Shown in pieces: positions 1 through 10,822 of a DNA stretch of 64,000 bases. The notes under the pieces are model-generated. The model ran no database searches and was not told the DNA's origin. It saw nothing but the letters and a program-made list of their open reading frames with translations. Position 1 is the stretch's first letter. Every line of letters begins with the position of its first letter. The translations under genes and the position numbers were made by a program. This DNA is from Corallococcus sp. AS-1-12 (lineage in GTDB: Bacteria; Myxococcota; Myxococcia; Myxococcales; Myxococcaceae), in assembly GCF_020036995.1 (NCBI RefSeq), contig NZ_JAIQDD010000010.1, forward strand, positions 161,433-225,432, given 5' to 3'.

Positions 1-100
1 ACCGACCCCACAGGGCATCCGCGGCTCGGCTTCGTCCAGACACCGTAGAAAAGAACAGCGAGCGCGCTTCCCTCCATGAGGAGCGGGCGGCCTGCCAGCC

Positions 101-3100
101 TTGACGCTCTCAGGGGGGGATGACATGGAGGACATCCGCCAAGGAGAGGGGGGGCGTGCCTTGCCTGCCGCGAGGGTCTGCCTTCCGGACGCCACGAACA
201 TGCATCCACAGCTCAATCCCCTGGAACATCCCCTCTGCCTCACGCAGCCCCTGCGCCTGCTGGAGTCCTCCGCCTGGGTGGAGCACGTCCCGTTCGCGAT
301 GTTCCTGGTGGACCTGCTGCGTCCCGCGACGCTGGTGGAGCTGGGGACGCACACCGGCGTGTCCTACTCCGCGTTCTGCCAGGCGGTGGACGCGCTGAAG
401 CTGGAGACGCGCTGCCACGCGGTGGACACCTGGCAGGGTGACCCGCACGCGGGCTTCTACGGGCCGGACGTCCTCGCGGACCTGCGCGCGCACCACGACC
501 CGCTCTACAGCCGGTTCTCCCAACTGCACCCGATGACCTTCGACCAGGCCCTGGGCCAGTTCGAGGACGGCTCCATCGACCTGCTCCACATCGACGGCTG
601 CCACGAGTACGCGCAGGTGAAGGCGGACTTCGAGCGCTGGCGCCCCAAGCTGAGCGCGCGCGGCGTCGTCCTCTTCCACGACACCCACGTGCACGAGCGC
701 GACTTCGGCGTCTGGCGGCTGTGGGAGGAGCTGCGGGGCCAGCATCCCTCCTTCGAGTTCGAGCACGGCTTCGGTCTGGGCGTGCTCGCGGTGGGCCCGG
801 AGCAGCCGGAGGGGCTGTTGGCCCTGACGAGCACCCGGGACGCGGAGCGCGAACACGTGCGGCAGGCCTTCGCCACGCTCGGCGGGCGCCTGACGCTCCT
901 GCTGCACCGGCAGCACCTGCGCGACGCCTACGGCCAGAAGGAGCAGCAGGCCGCGGACCACGCGCGTCAGGCGCAGCAGCTCCAGGCGGAGCTGGACGCC
1001 GCCCGCGAGGCGGCGCGCGACACCGCGAGCACCCTTCGCGAGTTCGAAGGCCGGCTCGCGCGGATGGGCCTGGCCCAGCGGATGCTCCAGGAGGAGCTGG
1101 GCCGCAAGAACGCCCGCATCTACGAACTGGACGCGCACGTGGCGACCCAGGGCTCGCAGTTGGCGCACATCAACGGCAGCCTCGCCTGGAAGGCCATCAA
1201 CCGCTACTGGGCCATGCGCGAGCGCGTGCTGCCCCCCGGCACGAAGCGCGGCCACCTCTACCAGAAGAGCAAGGGCACGCTGCACAAGGTGGGCGCGAAG
1301 CTGATCAAGCTGCCCGCGAAGAAGGGCGCCCTCCAGGCCCTGCGCGCCGCGAAGGCCGCCCTCACGCCGGCCGCCCCCGTCCCCCCCACCGCCGCCTTGG
1401 TCGAGGCCCCGAGCGCGCCGCCCGCGCGCCCGGCGCCGTGGACCGCGCCGCTCACGCACGTCTCCCAGGCCAGCCTGGGCCGGCGCATCCTGATCATCGC
1501 GGAGCTGTCGCTGCCCCAGTGCAAGCGCTACCGCGTGGATCAGAAGGTCGCCATGTTCCACCGGCTCGGGTACGACGTCACCGTCCTGCGCTGGAACGAC
1601 CACGAGGAGTGCAAGGCCGCGCTCCAGTTCCACGGCCTGGTCATCTACTACCGGGTGCCCGCCTTCCCCGGCGTGGAGGAGCTGCTGGCGGAGACCCGGC
1701 GCCTGGGCCTCCCGCACTTCTTCGACGTCGACGACCTCATCTTCGACGTGGAGGAGTACCAGCGGAACACCAACGTGCAGCGGCTGCCCGCGAACGAGCG
1801 CGAGCTGCTGCTCAACGGCGCGAAGCTCTACCGCAAGGCGCTCAGCCTGTGTGAGCACGCCATCGCCAGCACGCCCACCATCGCGGAGCAGATGTCCCGC
1901 GTCATCTCCGGCAAGGTCTACGTCGTCGAGAACTGCCTGGACGACGGCATCCTGGAGCTGGCCCGGGAGATGGAAGCGCGCCCGCCCGCGGTGGACCCGG
2001 ACACGGTCACCATCGGCTACGGCAGCGGAACGCGCACGCACGACGCGGACTTCACCATCGCCTCCGACGCCATCCTCGCGGTGATGGAGCGCCATCCGAA
2101 CGTGCGCCTGGCCATCCACGGCTTCCTGGAGCTGCCGGAGGGCTTCTCGCGCTTCTCCGACCGCGTCTTCCGCATTCCGTTCCTGGACGCGGACGACTAC
2201 CTGCGCGCGCTCGCGTCCTGGCAGATCTCCATCGCGCCGCTGGAGCAGACGGTCTTCAACGACGCCAAGAGCAACATCAAGTTCATCGAGGCGTCCATCT
2301 TCCGCGTGCCCGCGGTGTGCTCCGGCTCCGGGCCGTTCCGGGAGATCATCGACCACGGCCGCAACGGCTTCATCGCCACCACCCGTGAGGAGTGGGAGTC
2401 CGCGCTCTCCGCGCTGGTGCAGGACGCGTCGCTGCGCAAGCGCATGGGCGAGGAGGCGCACCGCAGCGTGCTGTCGCGCTACCACCCGGCGGTCGTGGCC
2501 ACGGAGCGGCTGCAGCCCATCCTCCAGCACCTGCCGCCCGCGCCGCCGCCGCGCCTGAAGGTCCTGGAGGCCAACATCCTCTTCGCGCCCCTGAGCTTCG
2601 GCGGGGCGACCGTCGTCACGGAGCAACTGGCGCACCAGTTGAAGGCGGAGGGCTGCGACGTCACCGTGTTCACCGGCATCATGAACTCGCCGCTGCCCGC
2701 CTATTCGGTGGTGCGCTACGAGGCGCTGGGCCTGCCGGTCATCGCCACCCAGGTGCCGTCCCTCACCGACCGCGCCCAGGAGTACCAGAACCCGCGCATG
2801 GGGGAGACCTTCACCCAGGTGCTCAAGGCCGTGCGCCCGGACGTGGTGCACTTCCACTCCATCCAGCTCCTGAGCTCCGCGCTCGCCACGGCGTGCGCCG
2901 CGGAGGGCATCCCGTACACCATCACCGTGCATGACGCGTGGTGGCTGTGCGAGCGCCAGTTCATGGTCCGCGAGGACTCCACGTACTGCGGCCAGAAGGG
3001 CATCGACCTGCGCGTGTGCACCAAGTGCGTGCCGGACTCGCGCTACACCTTCAAGCGCACGTTCGCCCTGCGCAAGGTGCTGGACGGCGCGGCCCTGCTG

Positions 3101-3811
3101 CTGGCGCCCAGCGAGTTCCAGCGCCAGCTCTACATCGCCAACGGCGTCGCGCCGGAGCGCATCGTCGTGAACAAGAACGGCGTGCTGCTGCCCGGCCGCG
3201 CGCGCGCCCCGCGCCCCGCGAACGCCCCCGTCCGCTTCGCCTACCTGGGCGGCCGCGCGGGGCACAAGGGGTACTTCTGGCTCAAGGACATCCTGGAGTC
3301 GGTGCCGGAGTCCGGCTGGGTCCTGAAGATGACCGACATCCAGTTGCGCATGGGGTCGGCCTCCATCGACGCGAAGGAATGGAAGGTGAAGGGCCAGGTG
3401 GAGGTGGTGCCTCCGTATGATCAGGACGGGATGGACGCCTTCTTCGACGGAGTGGACGTGCTGCTGATGCCCTCGCAGTGCAAGGAGAGCTTCGGGCTGA
3501 CCGTGCGCGAGGCCATGGCCCGGAACGTGTGGGTGGTCACCACGGCGTCGGGCGGCGTCAGCGAGGACATCGTGGAGGGCGTCAACGGCAACGTCGTGGA
3601 CATGTCGGACGCCGACGGCTTCCGCCGCGTGCTGCGCGACCTGGTGGCCCACCCGGAGCGCATCGCGCGCGACCCGAACGCCCAGCGCACCCCGGTGCGC
3701 GACTACGAGACCCAGGCCCGGGAGCTCCACTCGCTCCTGTCCGGCCTGGTGAATCCTCCCGCCCGGAGCACGCCCCGCCAGGACGCCAGCGCCGCGGTGC
3801 CCCACCGTTGA
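101..3811 (+). CDS. Multidomain glycan-modifying enzyme: N-terminal class I SAM methyltransferase (TylF/CmcI-like), coiled-coil linker, then two GT4-type (Glycos_transf_1) glycosyltransferase modules
   Basis: 1236-aa ORF. The N-terminus has motifs [18 protein letters not shown] and [31 protein letters not shown]. Two separate GT-B C-terminal cores are present ([32 protein letters not shown]; [48 protein letters not shown]). The codon at 101 is TTG; the first in-frame ATG is at 125. Confidence 0.8.
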   Translation: MTLSGGDDMEDIRQGEGGRALPAARVCLPDATNMHPQLNPLEHPLCLTQPLRLLESSAWVEHVPFAMFLVDLLRPATLVELGTHTGVSYSAFCQAVDALKLETRCHAVDTWQGDPHAGFYGPDVLADLRAHHDPLYSRFSQLHPMTFDQALGQFEDGSIDLLHIDGCHEYAQVKADFERWRPKLSARGVVLFHDTHVHERDFGVWRLWEELRGQHPSFEFEHGFGLGVLAVGPEQPEGLLALTSTRDAEREHVRQAFATLGGRLTLLLHRQHLRDAYGQKEQQAADHARQAQQLQAELDAAREAARDTASTLREFEGRLARMGLAQRMLQEELGRKNARIYELDAHVATQGSQLAHINGSLAWKAINRYWAMRERVLPPGTKRGHLYQKSKGTLHKVGAKLIKLPAKKGALQALRAAKAALTPAAPVPPTAALVEAPSAPPARPAPWTAPLTHVSQASLGRRILIIAELSLPQCKRYRVDQKVAMFHRLGYDVTVLRWNDHEECKAALQFHGLVIYYRVPAFPGVEELLAETRRLGLPHFFDVDDLIFDVEEYQRNTNVQRLPANERELLLNGAKLYRKALSLCEHAIASTPTIAEQMSRVISGKVYVVENCLDDGILELAREMEARPPAVDPDTVTIGYGSGTRTHDADFTIASDAILAVMERHPNVRLAIHGFLELPEGFSRFSDRVFRIPFLDADDYLRALASWQISIAPLEQTVFNDAKSNIKFIEASIFRVPAVCSGSGPFREIIDHGRNGFIATTREEWESALSALVQDASLRKRMGEEAHRSVLSRYHPAVVATERLQPILQHLPPAPPPRLKVLEANILFAPLSFGGATVVTEQLAHQLKAEGCDVTVFTGIMNSPLPAYSVVRYEALGLPVIATQVPSLTDRAQEYQNPRMGETFTQVLKAVRPDVVHFHSIQLLSSALATACAAEGIPYTITVHDAWWLCERQFMVREDSTYCGQKGIDLRVCTKCVPDSRYTFKRTFALRKVLDGAALLLAPSEFQRQLYIANGVAPERIVVNKNGVLLPGRARAPRPANAPVRFAYLGGRAGHKGYFWLKDILESVPESGWVLKMTDIQLRMGSASIDAKEWKVKGQVEVVPPYDQDGMDAFFDGVDVLLMPSQCKESFGLTVREAMARNVWVVTTASGGVSEDIVEGVNGNVVDMSDADGFRRVLRDLVAHPERIARDPNAQRTPVRDYETQARELHSLLSGLVNPPARSTPRQDASAAVPHR

Positions 3812-3828
3812 ACCCCCGGAGACGCTCC

Positions 3829-4701
3829 ATGCCCTTGTCCCAGCTCAAGGCCCTGATTCCTCCCGCGATCAAGACCGCCGTGCGCGCACAGCTCCAGACG
3901 GGGCTGCTGCGCACGGAGAACCAGTTGGCATCGCTCCGGTCTCGCTGGTCGCCGCCGGCCCCCGTGGAGCCGTCACCGCCGGTCGTCGAGGCGCCGCCAC
4001 CGCCGGCCCCCGCGCTTCCGCCCATCACCCGGGAGCTCATCGCGGCCCAGTACCTGCGCGGCGAGGGCCTGGAGATCGGAGCCCTGTCCAATCCCACGAA
4101 GGTGCCCGCCGGGGTCCGGGTCCGCTATGTGGACGTGGCGCCCATCGACGTGCTGCGCGCCCGCTTCCCGGAGGTGGCCGACCGCATCGTCACGCCGGAC
4201 ATCGTGGACAACGGCGAGGAGCTGGGCACGGTGGCGCCGGACTCCCAGGACTTCGTCATCGCCAACCACGTCCTGGAGCACTGCGAAGACCCCATTGGCA
4301 CGCTGAAGAACTTCCTCCGGGTCCTGCGCCCCGGAGGCATCCTCTTCATGGCCATCCCGGACAAGCGCTTCACCTTCGACCTGCCCCGGGAGCTCACCTC
4401 CGCGGCGCACGTCGTGGAGGACCACCTGAAGGGGCCGGAGGTCTCCCGGCGCGCCCACTACGACGAGTGGCTGCGCCTCATCGACCGGAAGGAGGGCGAG
4501 GAGCTGGCCCGCCTGACGGAGGACTTCCTCCAGAACCGCACGAACATCCACTTCCACGTGTGGACCTTCAACGAGATGTCCGAGCTGTTCTCCGCGGCCC
4601 GCAACCAGTTGGGCCTGCCCTTCGACGTCAAGCTGGCCTTCCTGGATCCGCCGTGTCTGGAGGTGGTGTGGGTCCTGGAAGCGACGAAGCCCCGGTCCTG
4701 A
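3829..4701 (+). CDS. Class I SAM-dependent methyltransferase
   Basis: ATG at 3829, 18 nt after the upstream stop. Motifs GEGLEIGALSNP and IANHVLEHCEDPIGTLKNFLRVLRPGGILFMAIPD. The six-frame ORF extends further upstream, but only as an Arg/Gly-rich low-complexity overlap of the previous gene. Confidence 0.8.
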   Translation: MPLSQLKALIPPAIKTAVRAQLQTGLLRTENQLASLRSRWSPPAPVEPSPPVVEAPPPPAPALPPITRELIAAQYLRGEGLEIGALSNPTKVPAGVRVRYVDVAPIDVLRARFPEVADRIVTPDIVDNGEELGTVAPDSQDFVIANHVLEHCEDPIGTLKNFLRVLRPGGILFMAIPDKRFTFDLPRELTSAAHVVEDHLKGPEVSRRAHYDEWLRLIDRKEGEELARLTEDFLQNRTNIHFHVWTFNEMSELFSAARNQLGLPFDVKLAFLDPPCLEVVWVLEATKPRS

Positions 4702-4705
4702 GCGC

Positions 4706-6103
4706 CTACGCCGGGCCGTAGTAGCGCTGGTACACGGTGGTGAGCGTCACCACCGTGGTGAGCAGGATGAAGCCGGCGATGAGCACCGGCTTGAGGCGCG
4801 TCAGCGCGCGCGGTGCCCAGGTGGGCGGGGCCAGCGCCACCACCAGCAGCGGCGTGTAGGGCAACAGGTAGCGGCCCTGCACCCCGTCCACGTGGTTCGC
4901 GCCCGGCGCCGTCCACGCCAGGTACAGCATGGCCTGGATGGCCAGCACGCCCGCCACCGCCACCCCCAGGGCCACCGCGCGCTCGCGCCAGCCCACCTTC
5001 GGCGCGGCCCCGTCGGCGTCCAGCACCATCACCCCCAGGAGCAACGCGGCCAGCCCGAGGAGCGCGGGGCGGGGCACCGGCGTGTCCAGCCAGCCCAGCA
5101 CGCCGCCGCCCTGGTGCAGGAAGTCCGGCAGCCGCGTCCAGAAGTCGCTCACCAGCACGCCCAGCACCTGGAAGGGGTGCGCGCGCACGTGGGCCACCTG
5201 CGCCACCACCTCGCTGGGGCGGAAGATGTCCCGCACCGTGGCGGACCACGCGAACTGGAGCAGCGCGGGCACGGCGACGATGGCGGCCAGCGCCAGGGCA
5301 TAGCGGCCGCGCGTTCCCAGCCGGGTGAGCGGCAGCAGCAGGAACACCAGCGTCAGCGGCAGGTAGGCCTGCTTGCACAGCGCCACGAACACCGCGCTCG
5401 CCAGCAGCAGGCCCAGTTGCTTCGCGCCCAGCGGCCCCGGGTGCGCGAAGGTGAAATGCAGCGACAGCGCCACCAGCAGCAGGCACGCCGACATCGTGAT
5501 GGGGTCCGCGGACACGGACGCGCGCTGGAAGAGCACCATGGGCGTGAGCGCCAGCAGCGCGAAGGCCCACCGCTGGAAGGGCATCAGGCGCAGCGCCACC
5601 GCGGTGAGCACCAGCGCCACCAGCACGTTGCCCAGCCGGCCCGCCCACAGCACCACCACCGGGGGCGCCTCCAGGATCCGCGCGGGCGCCATGCCCAGCG
5701 ACTGCGGGAAGTAGACCAGCGGGAAGTAGATGGCGGACGCGGCGAAGCGCCACTCCTGGGTGTCCTGGGGCGCCAGCGCCGCGTGCATCGCGTCGCGCAG
5801 GCGCTGCCGGTCCTGGCGCGCCGCGGGGTTGCCGCCCACGCCCTCGGACACCTCCTGCGCCACCCGCACGATGCTGCGCGGGAGCTGCCCGCCCGCGTCA
5901 CCCACCGGGATGCGCGTGGCCGTGAGCTGCCCCTCGGAGACCTGGTACGCGCGGTAGAAGTGCGCCGGCTCGTCCGCCACCTGGAACGGCGGGGTGAGGA
6001 AGCTCAACACCGCGCCCAGCACCGCGGCCACGACGAGGAAGGCCACGACGGGCGCGATGAAGAACGGACGCAGCGGGGACGGGGACGGGGCAGACGGAAG
6101 CAT
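4706..6103 (-). CDS. Polytopic integral membrane protein, probably a membrane glycosyltransferase/polymerase-type protein (DUF2142-like)
   Basis: 465 aa with many hydrophobic segments. N-terminal motif ...PPFQVADEPAHFYRAYQVSEG. It sits inside the glycosyltransferase cluster and lies 5 nt from the convergent methyltransferase stop. Confidence 0.55.
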   Translation of the reverse strand: MLPSAPSPSPLRPFFIAPVVAFLVVAAVLGAVLSFLTPPFQVADEPAHFYRAYQVSEGQLTATRIPVGDAGGQLPRSIVRVAQEVSEGVGGNPAARQDRQRLRDAMHAALAPQDTQEWRFAASAIYFPLVYFPQSLGMAPARILEAPPVVVLWAGRLGNVLVALVLTAVALRLMPFQRWAFALLALTPMVLFQRASVSADPITMSACLLLVALSLHFTFAHPGPLGAKQLGLLLASAVFVALCKQAYLPLTLVFLLLPLTRLGTRGRYALALAAIVAVPALLQFAWSATVRDIFRPSEVVAQVAHVRAHPFQVLGVLVSDFWTRLPDFLHQGGGVLGWLDTPVPRPALLGLAALLLGVMVLDADGAAPKVGWRERAVALGVAVAGVLAIQAMLYLAWTAPGANHVDGVQGRYLLPYTPLLVVALAPPTWAPRALTRLKPVLIAGFILLTTVVTLTTVYQRYYGPA

Positions 6104-6131
6104 GGAGGACGGGAGGGGGCCCGGTGGGCCC

Positions 6132-6548
6132 TCAGGCGGCGTGCGGGTCGCGCCGGGCTGCGGCGGCGGGGGGGACGGCTTCGGGACGGGGCTGCGCGCG
6201 CGCGGCGCGCTCGGCCTCCGCGGAGGTGAGCAGGGCGACCTCCTGGGCCAGCCGCTTGAGCTGCTGGCGCTGATCCGCCACCTGGAGGCTCAGCCGGTAC
6301 ACCAGCCACATGAGGCACGACAGGGCGATGAAGAAGAGGGCGGACGGGGCGTAGTAGATGCCCATGGCCGCCGCCAGCGCGTCGATGCCGTGGCGCCACA
6401 GCGACAGGCCCGCGATGGCCGCCGCCACCAGCAGCCACGCGAAGGTGTGCCGCTCGCTGGTGCGCCGGCCCCGGGCCGACCACAGGACGCTGAAGGCGAA
6501 GACGGCCGCGAAGGCCACGCCGATGAGGCTGGAGCGAAGCATGGGCAT
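6132..6548 (-). CDS. Small membrane protein (DUF2304-like) translationally coupled to the upstream GT2 gene
   Basis: Start chosen at the internal ATG (MPMLRSSLIGVAFAAVFAF...), which overlaps the stop of the GT2 gene as ATGA. It has two hydrophobic helices followed by a charged coiled tail. Confidence 0.55.
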   Translation of the reverse strand: MPMLRSSLIGVAFAAVFAFSVLWSARGRRTSERHTFAWLLVAAAIAGLSLWRHGIDALAAAMGIYYAPSALFFIALSCLMWLVYRLSLQVADQRQQLKRLAQEVALLTSAEAERAARAQPRPEAVPPAAAARRDPHAA

Positions 6549-7246
6549 CAGACGGGACGGACCCGCTCCATGAGCAGGGCGAAGGACACCTTCGCCATGT
6601 AGAAGGCCGACTTCCACGGCGTCAGCGAGCTGGTGCCGGTGAGGCGCGGCCGCATGCGCACCGGCACCTCCGCGATGGCGAAGCCCTGGCGCGCCGCCAT
6701 CAGCACGCTCTCCGGCTCCGGGTAGTCATGCGGGTGGACGCGCGCGAAGAAGCGGATCGCCTGCGGACCGAAGCCCCGGAAGCCGGAGGTGGGGTCGGTG
6801 ATGCGGTGGCGGCTCAGCGTGGACAGGAGGCCCGCCAGGAACCGGTTGCCGAAGCGGCGCAGCCGCGTGGAGCGGAAGCTGGTGACGCCCGCGAAGCGGC
6901 TGCCGATGACCAGCTCCACGCCCGACTGGAGCGCCTCGCGCAGCGCGGGCACGGACGCCGGGTCATGCTGGCCGTCGCCGTCCATGCGGATGACGTGGTC
7001 GTACCCGTTGCGGGACGCGAACAGCAGGCCGCTGGCCTCGCCCGCGGCGACGCCCAGGTTGAAGGGATGGCTGAGCACCCGCGCCCCGCAGTCCCGCGCG
7101 CGCTGCGCCGTGGCGTCGCGCGAGCCGTCGTCCACCACGAGCACGTCGAACTCCGGCAGCGCCTCGCGCAGCTCCGCCACCGTCGAGCCGATGCACTCCT
7201 CTTCGTTGAAGGCCAGCAACACGATGAGGCCCCGTCGGGTGTCCAT
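6548..7246 (-). CDS. GT2-family glycosyltransferase (polyprenyl-phosphate sugar transferase, Dpm1/GtrB-like)
   Basis: MDTRRGLIVLLAFNEEECIGSTVAELREALPEFDVLVVDDGSRDAT...: canonical GT-A DXD and VDDGS motifs, 232 aa. Confidence 0.85.
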   Translation of the reverse strand: MDTRRGLIVLLAFNEEECIGSTVAELREALPEFDVLVVDDGSRDATAQRARDCGARVLSHPFNLGVAAGEASGLLFASRNGYDHVIRMDGDGQHDPASVPALREALQSGVELVIGSRFAGVTSFRSTRLRRFGNRFLAGLLSTLSRHRITDPTSGFRGFGPQAIRFFARVHPHDYPEPESVLMAARQGFAIAEVPVRMRPRLTGTSSLTPWKSAFYMAKVSFALLMERVRPV

Positions 7247-7538
7247 TCAGCCCCCTCCTGCGTCTTCCGGGCCTTCTACCGTTACCCGGCACGCGCGAAC
7301 AACCCGCTACGCTCGGTTCTCCACCACTCGCTCGACGAAGATACCCGCGTCCTCCAACCTCAGGCCCCGGGCCAGCGCTCCCAGCCCCTGGCCCGCCAGG
7401 GAGACGAGCGGCCGGGGGAGCCTGCGCAGGGCGCGCGCCCGGTCCGCCAGGCTGTCGGCCTCGAAGTCCAGGCCCCCGAAGGTGTCCCTGACGCTTCCGC
7501 GCACCCCCCGTCACGTGGCCGCCCGGCTCCCAGGCCGG

Positions 7539-8042
7539 TCAGCGGCCCCGGCGCCGCGAGGGCGCGCGGCGCGGCGGCTCCTTCGGGGGCTCCTGTGGGG
7601 GCGGAGGCAGGCGCGACAGCAACTGCTCCAACTGGCGCTCCACCTCCTGGCGCCACAGGGACTGCGTGCGCGCCTGGACGCGCTGGTGCTCGTGGATGAG
7701 CGCGAGCGCGTCCAGGATGGCCTCGTTGAACTCCACCTGCCGCCGGAGCGCCTCGTTGATGAAGGGCTGGAACGCCAGCCGGAAGGCGCGCTTGGCCATC
7801 ACCAGCGCGGGCCCCACCAGGGGCCGGTGGGATGAAGGCGGATCCGCGTAGCGCGCGTCGCGCTTCAGCCGCGCGCCCTCCAGGAACGGGGGCCACGCGG
7901 CGTTGATGGCCGGGGCCTGGGTGGCGGCGAGGCGCCGGCGCAGCGCCTCCACCTTCTCGGGCTCCGGCGTGGGCAGCCGCGCCAGGGACTCCAGCACCGC
8001 CTCCACCGTGGGGTCGCGGGTGATGAGGTCCTCAGCGCGCAT
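7539..8042 (-). CDS. Hypothetical protein, coiled-coil with Pro/Arg-rich tail
   Basis: 167-aa ORF co-directional with the flanking glycosyltransferase genes. Its start overlaps the GT4 stop by 11 nt. No recognisable domain. Confidence 0.45.
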   Translation of the reverse strand: MRAEDLITRDPTVEAVLESLARLPTPEPEKVEALRRRLAATQAPAINAAWPPFLEGARLKRDARYADPPSSHRPLVGPALVMAKRAFRLAFQPFINEALRRQVEFNEAILDALALIHEHQRVQARTQSLWRQEVERQLEQLLSRLPPPPQEPPKEPPRRAPSRRRGR

Positions 8043-9678
8043 GCGGGTGTCCTCCCACGTCCAGCTCCCTCGCCAGCTCCGCCGCGAGCGACACCAGGTC
8101 GCGCCCCGGGGTGAGCTCCCACAGCTTCTTTCCCAGGACCTGCTTGACGCCCGCGTCCGGCGCGCGGCGGGCCTCCCAGACGCCCGCGACGCACGCCTCC
8201 GGCGGCAGCCGCGACACGGTCCTCCGGGCGACCTCCTCCCCGGCGCCCGCGAACAGCAGCGGCCCGGAGGCGCACCGCACGCCCGTCTCCAGCGACGACG
8301 ACGGCGGGCTGACCCCCTCCAACCCGAAGGAGGGCTCGTCCGGCGTGAAGCGCCGCACCCGCGTCACGCCCTCATGCTCGTCGCGCGGGGCCAACTGGAG
8401 GGGCAGCACCTGCCGGCGCACCGTCCACAGGCTCGCGTCCGGCAGCCGGTCCACCACCGCGCGCGCCAGCCGGGACATGGGCGCGTCCGGCGCGGCGTCG
8501 AAGCCCGGGCACACGACGGTGGCGGCGGGTCCGGCGGGAGGGCGGGCGTGGGGCGCGGCGCCCTGGAGGAAGGGCGTGAGCGCCTCGCGCACGCGCTGGG
8601 CCACGGCCTGCTGGTCCAGGGACGCCAGGCGCTGGCGCTGCGCCTCCACCACCCGCGAGCGCAGGGCGGGGTCGCGCTCCAGCACCGCCAGCAGCCCCGC
8701 CACCTGCGCGGGGTCGTCCGACAGGGTGGTGAGGCCCGCGCCGCCCATGGTCTCCGGCACCGCCGCGGCGCCGTAGGCCACCACCGGCACGCCCCGGTAC
8801 ATGGCCTCCAGCAGCGGCACGCCGAAGCCCTCGTGGCGGCTCATGGAGAGGTACGCGGTGGCGGAGGCGAAGCATGCGGACAACTGGGCGGCGTCCACCC
8901 GCCCCAGGAACACCACGCGATCCGGGCCCAGTTGCTCGCGCAGCGCCAGCACGGACGCGTCATAGGGCGCGCTGCTGTAGAGCGTCCCCGCCACCAGCAG
9001 CCGGCTCCGGGGCTGGTACAGGCGCTGGTAGGCGGTGAAGACGCGCAGCACGTCCTCCAGCCGCTTGCTGGGCACGGTGCGGCCCACGAAGAGCACGTTG
9101 GCGCACCCGTCCGCCATCTGCTCGCGCAGGGCCGCGTCCGGCGCCACGTTGAACGCGTTCCAGTCCACCGCGAAGGGCAGGACGCTCGCGTCCGGGTAGC
9201 CCGCGGCGGACAGCTCCTCCACGCTGAAGTGCGAGTAGGCCCAGGCGTGCGTCACGTGCTCGCGGAGCTGGAGCAGCTCCTCGCGCGCCAGCATGCAGCC
9301 GCGGGCGACGTGGCGGTCCGTGCCCTCGAAGAACCGCTCGGGCGTGACGTTGTGGTACAGCAGCGCCTTGCGCCCCTTGGCCTTGGCCACCAGCGGCACC
9401 AGCCGCGACTCGAAGCTGTGGTGGACGAGCAGCGCGGTGTCCCGGCCCGCGTCGCGGGCGTAGTCCAGGGCGGGGCGCACCTCGTCGCGGCACGCCTCGT
9501 CCCACTGCTCCGCGTAGATCTCCGACGCGTACCCCCACCCGCGCAGCAGGTCGCGCAGGTAGCGCACCTGGTTGCCCACGGCGTCGCCCCAGGCCAGCCG
9601 CGGCACGAGCTGGTGGACCGCTCCGGCGCTCGAGGACGCGGTCCCTCGCTTGCTGTTCCAGAGGCTCACGTTGGGCAA
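8032..9678 (-). CDS. GT4-family glycosyltransferase (GT-B, Glycos_transf_1)
   Basis: C-terminal core FLGRVDAAQLSACFASATAYLSMSRHEGFGVPLLEAMYRGVPVVAYGAAAVPETMGGAG. The annotated first codon is TTG. Confidence 0.75.
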   Translation of the reverse strand: MPNVSLWNSKRGTASSSAGAVHQLVPRLAWGDAVGNQVRYLRDLLRGWGYASEIYAEQWDEACRDEVRPALDYARDAGRDTALLVHHSFESRLVPLVAKAKGRKALLYHNVTPERFFEGTDRHVARGCMLAREELLQLREHVTHAWAYSHFSVEELSAAGYPDASVLPFAVDWNAFNVAPDAALREQMADGCANVLFVGRTVPSKRLEDVLRVFTAYQRLYQPRSRLLVAGTLYSSAPYDASVLALREQLGPDRVVFLGRVDAAQLSACFASATAYLSMSRHEGFGVPLLEAMYRGVPVVAYGAAAVPETMGGAGLTTLSDDPAQVAGLLAVLERDPALRSRVVEAQRQRLASLDQQAVAQRVREALTPFLQGAAPHARPPAGPAATVVCPGFDAAPDAPMSRLARAVVDRLPDASLWTVRRQVLPLQLAPRDEHEGVTRVRRFTPDEPSFGLEGVSPPSSSLETGVRCASGPLLFAGAGEEVARRTVSRLPPEACVAGVWEARRAPDAGVKQVLGKKLWELTPGRDLVSLAAELARELDVGGHPHAR

Positions 9679-9792
9679 GGCATTTACCCCTGGCCCGGAC
9701 CGGCCACAAGTGGTCGCGCGCTTGCCTTGACGGGGATCCGTCCCTCCGCTACGGAGGGCGCTTTCTCCCGACGTACGAGTGGTGGCGTGTCA

Positions 9793-10818
9793 ATGAACGT
9801 CCTGGTGACAGGGGGCTGCGGCTTCATCGGCTCCAACCTGGTGAAGTACCTCCGCCGCGAGCGGCCCGACTGGAAGATCATCAACCTCGACAAGCTCACG
9901 TACGCGGGCAACCTCGAGACCCTCGCCGACCTGGAAGGCGACCCGAAGCACGTCTTCGTGCGCGGCGACATCGGCAACCGGGAGCTGGTGGAGCACCTGC
10001 TCGTCCAGCACGGCGTCGACGCCGTGATGCACCTGGCGGCCGAGAGCCACGTGGACCGCTCCATCCTGGGCCCGGAGGTGTTCATCAACACCAACGTGCT
10101 GGGCACCCAGCAGCTCCTGGAGGCCTGCCGCGCCCGGGGCGTGAAGCGCTTCCTGATGGTCTCCACCGACGAGGTCTACGGCTCGCTGGGCCCCACGGGC
10201 GCCTTCACGGAGACCTCTCCGCTGCAGCCCTCCAGCCCGTACTCCGCCTCCAAGACGTCCTCGGACCTCATCGCGCTGGCCTACCACCACACGTTCAAGA
10301 TGGACGTGGTGGTGACGCGCTGCTCGAACAACTACGGCCGCTACCAGTTCCCGGAGAAGCTCATCCCGCTGATGGTGGTGAACGCGCTGCACGACAAGCC
10401 GCTGCCCGTCTACGGCGACGGCGCCAACGTGCGCGACTGGCTCCACGTGGAGGACCACTGCCAGGGCCTGCTGGTGGCGCTGGAGAAGGGCCGCGCGGGC
10501 GAGGTCTACAACATCGGCGGCGGCTCCGAGCGGCGCAACATCGAGATCGTCAAGGGCATCCTGGGCCTGCTCAACAAGCCCGAGTCGCTCATCCAGTACG
10601 TGGCGGACCGGCCCGGCCATGACCGGCGCTACGCCATCGACCCCACGAAGATCCGCACGGAGCTGGGCTATCAGCCGAAGCACACCTTCGAGCAGGGGCT
10701 GGCGGAGACGGTGACCTGGTACGTGGAGCACCGCGCCTGGTGGGAGAGCGTCACCAGCGGCGCGTACCGCCAGTACTTCGACACCCAGTACAAGGCCCGT
10801 CTGCAGGGGCGGGGTTAG
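9793..10818 (+). CDS. rfbB: dTDP-glucose 4,6-dehydratase
   Basis: MNVLVTGGCGFIGSNLVKYL...YNIGGG...: classic RmlB N-terminus and SDR catalytic pattern, 341 aa. Confidence 0.9.
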   Translation: MNVLVTGGCGFIGSNLVKYLRRERPDWKIINLDKLTYAGNLETLADLEGDPKHVFVRGDIGNRELVEHLLVQHGVDAVMHLAAESHVDRSILGPEVFINTNVLGTQQLLEACRARGVKRFLMVSTDEVYGSLGPTGAFTETSPLQPSSPYSASKTSSDLIALAYHHTFKMDVVVTRCSNNYGRYQFPEKLIPLMVVNALHDKPLPVYGDGANVRDWLHVEDHCQGLLVALEKGRAGEVYNIGGGSERRNIEIVKGILGLLNKPESLIQYVADRPGHDRRYAIDPTKIRTELGYQPKHTFEQGLAETVTWYVEHRAWWESVTSGAYRQYFDTQYKARLQGRG

Positions 10819-10822
10819 CGCC

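Noticed and set aside
110-3805. 1231-aa minus-strand ORF antisense to the first gene
   Set aside because: Shadow ORF typical of high-GC DNA. Its translation is Arg/Gly/Ala/His-rich low-complexity with no domain signatures, and the plus-strand frame carries clear methyltransferase/GT motifs.
7247-7538. 292-bp gap between GT2 start and the hypothetical gene, containing a 65-aa minus ORF (7307-7504)
   Set aside because: No start-site context or homology to support a gene; more likely promoter/leader sequence for the GT2 operon. Left unannotated.
7903-10818. 971-aa plus-strand ORF spanning the GT4 gene antisense region and running into rfbB
   Set aside because: Only the last 341 codons (from ATG 9793) are real (rfbB). 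The upstream 630 codons are low-complexity antisense of the GT4 gene.
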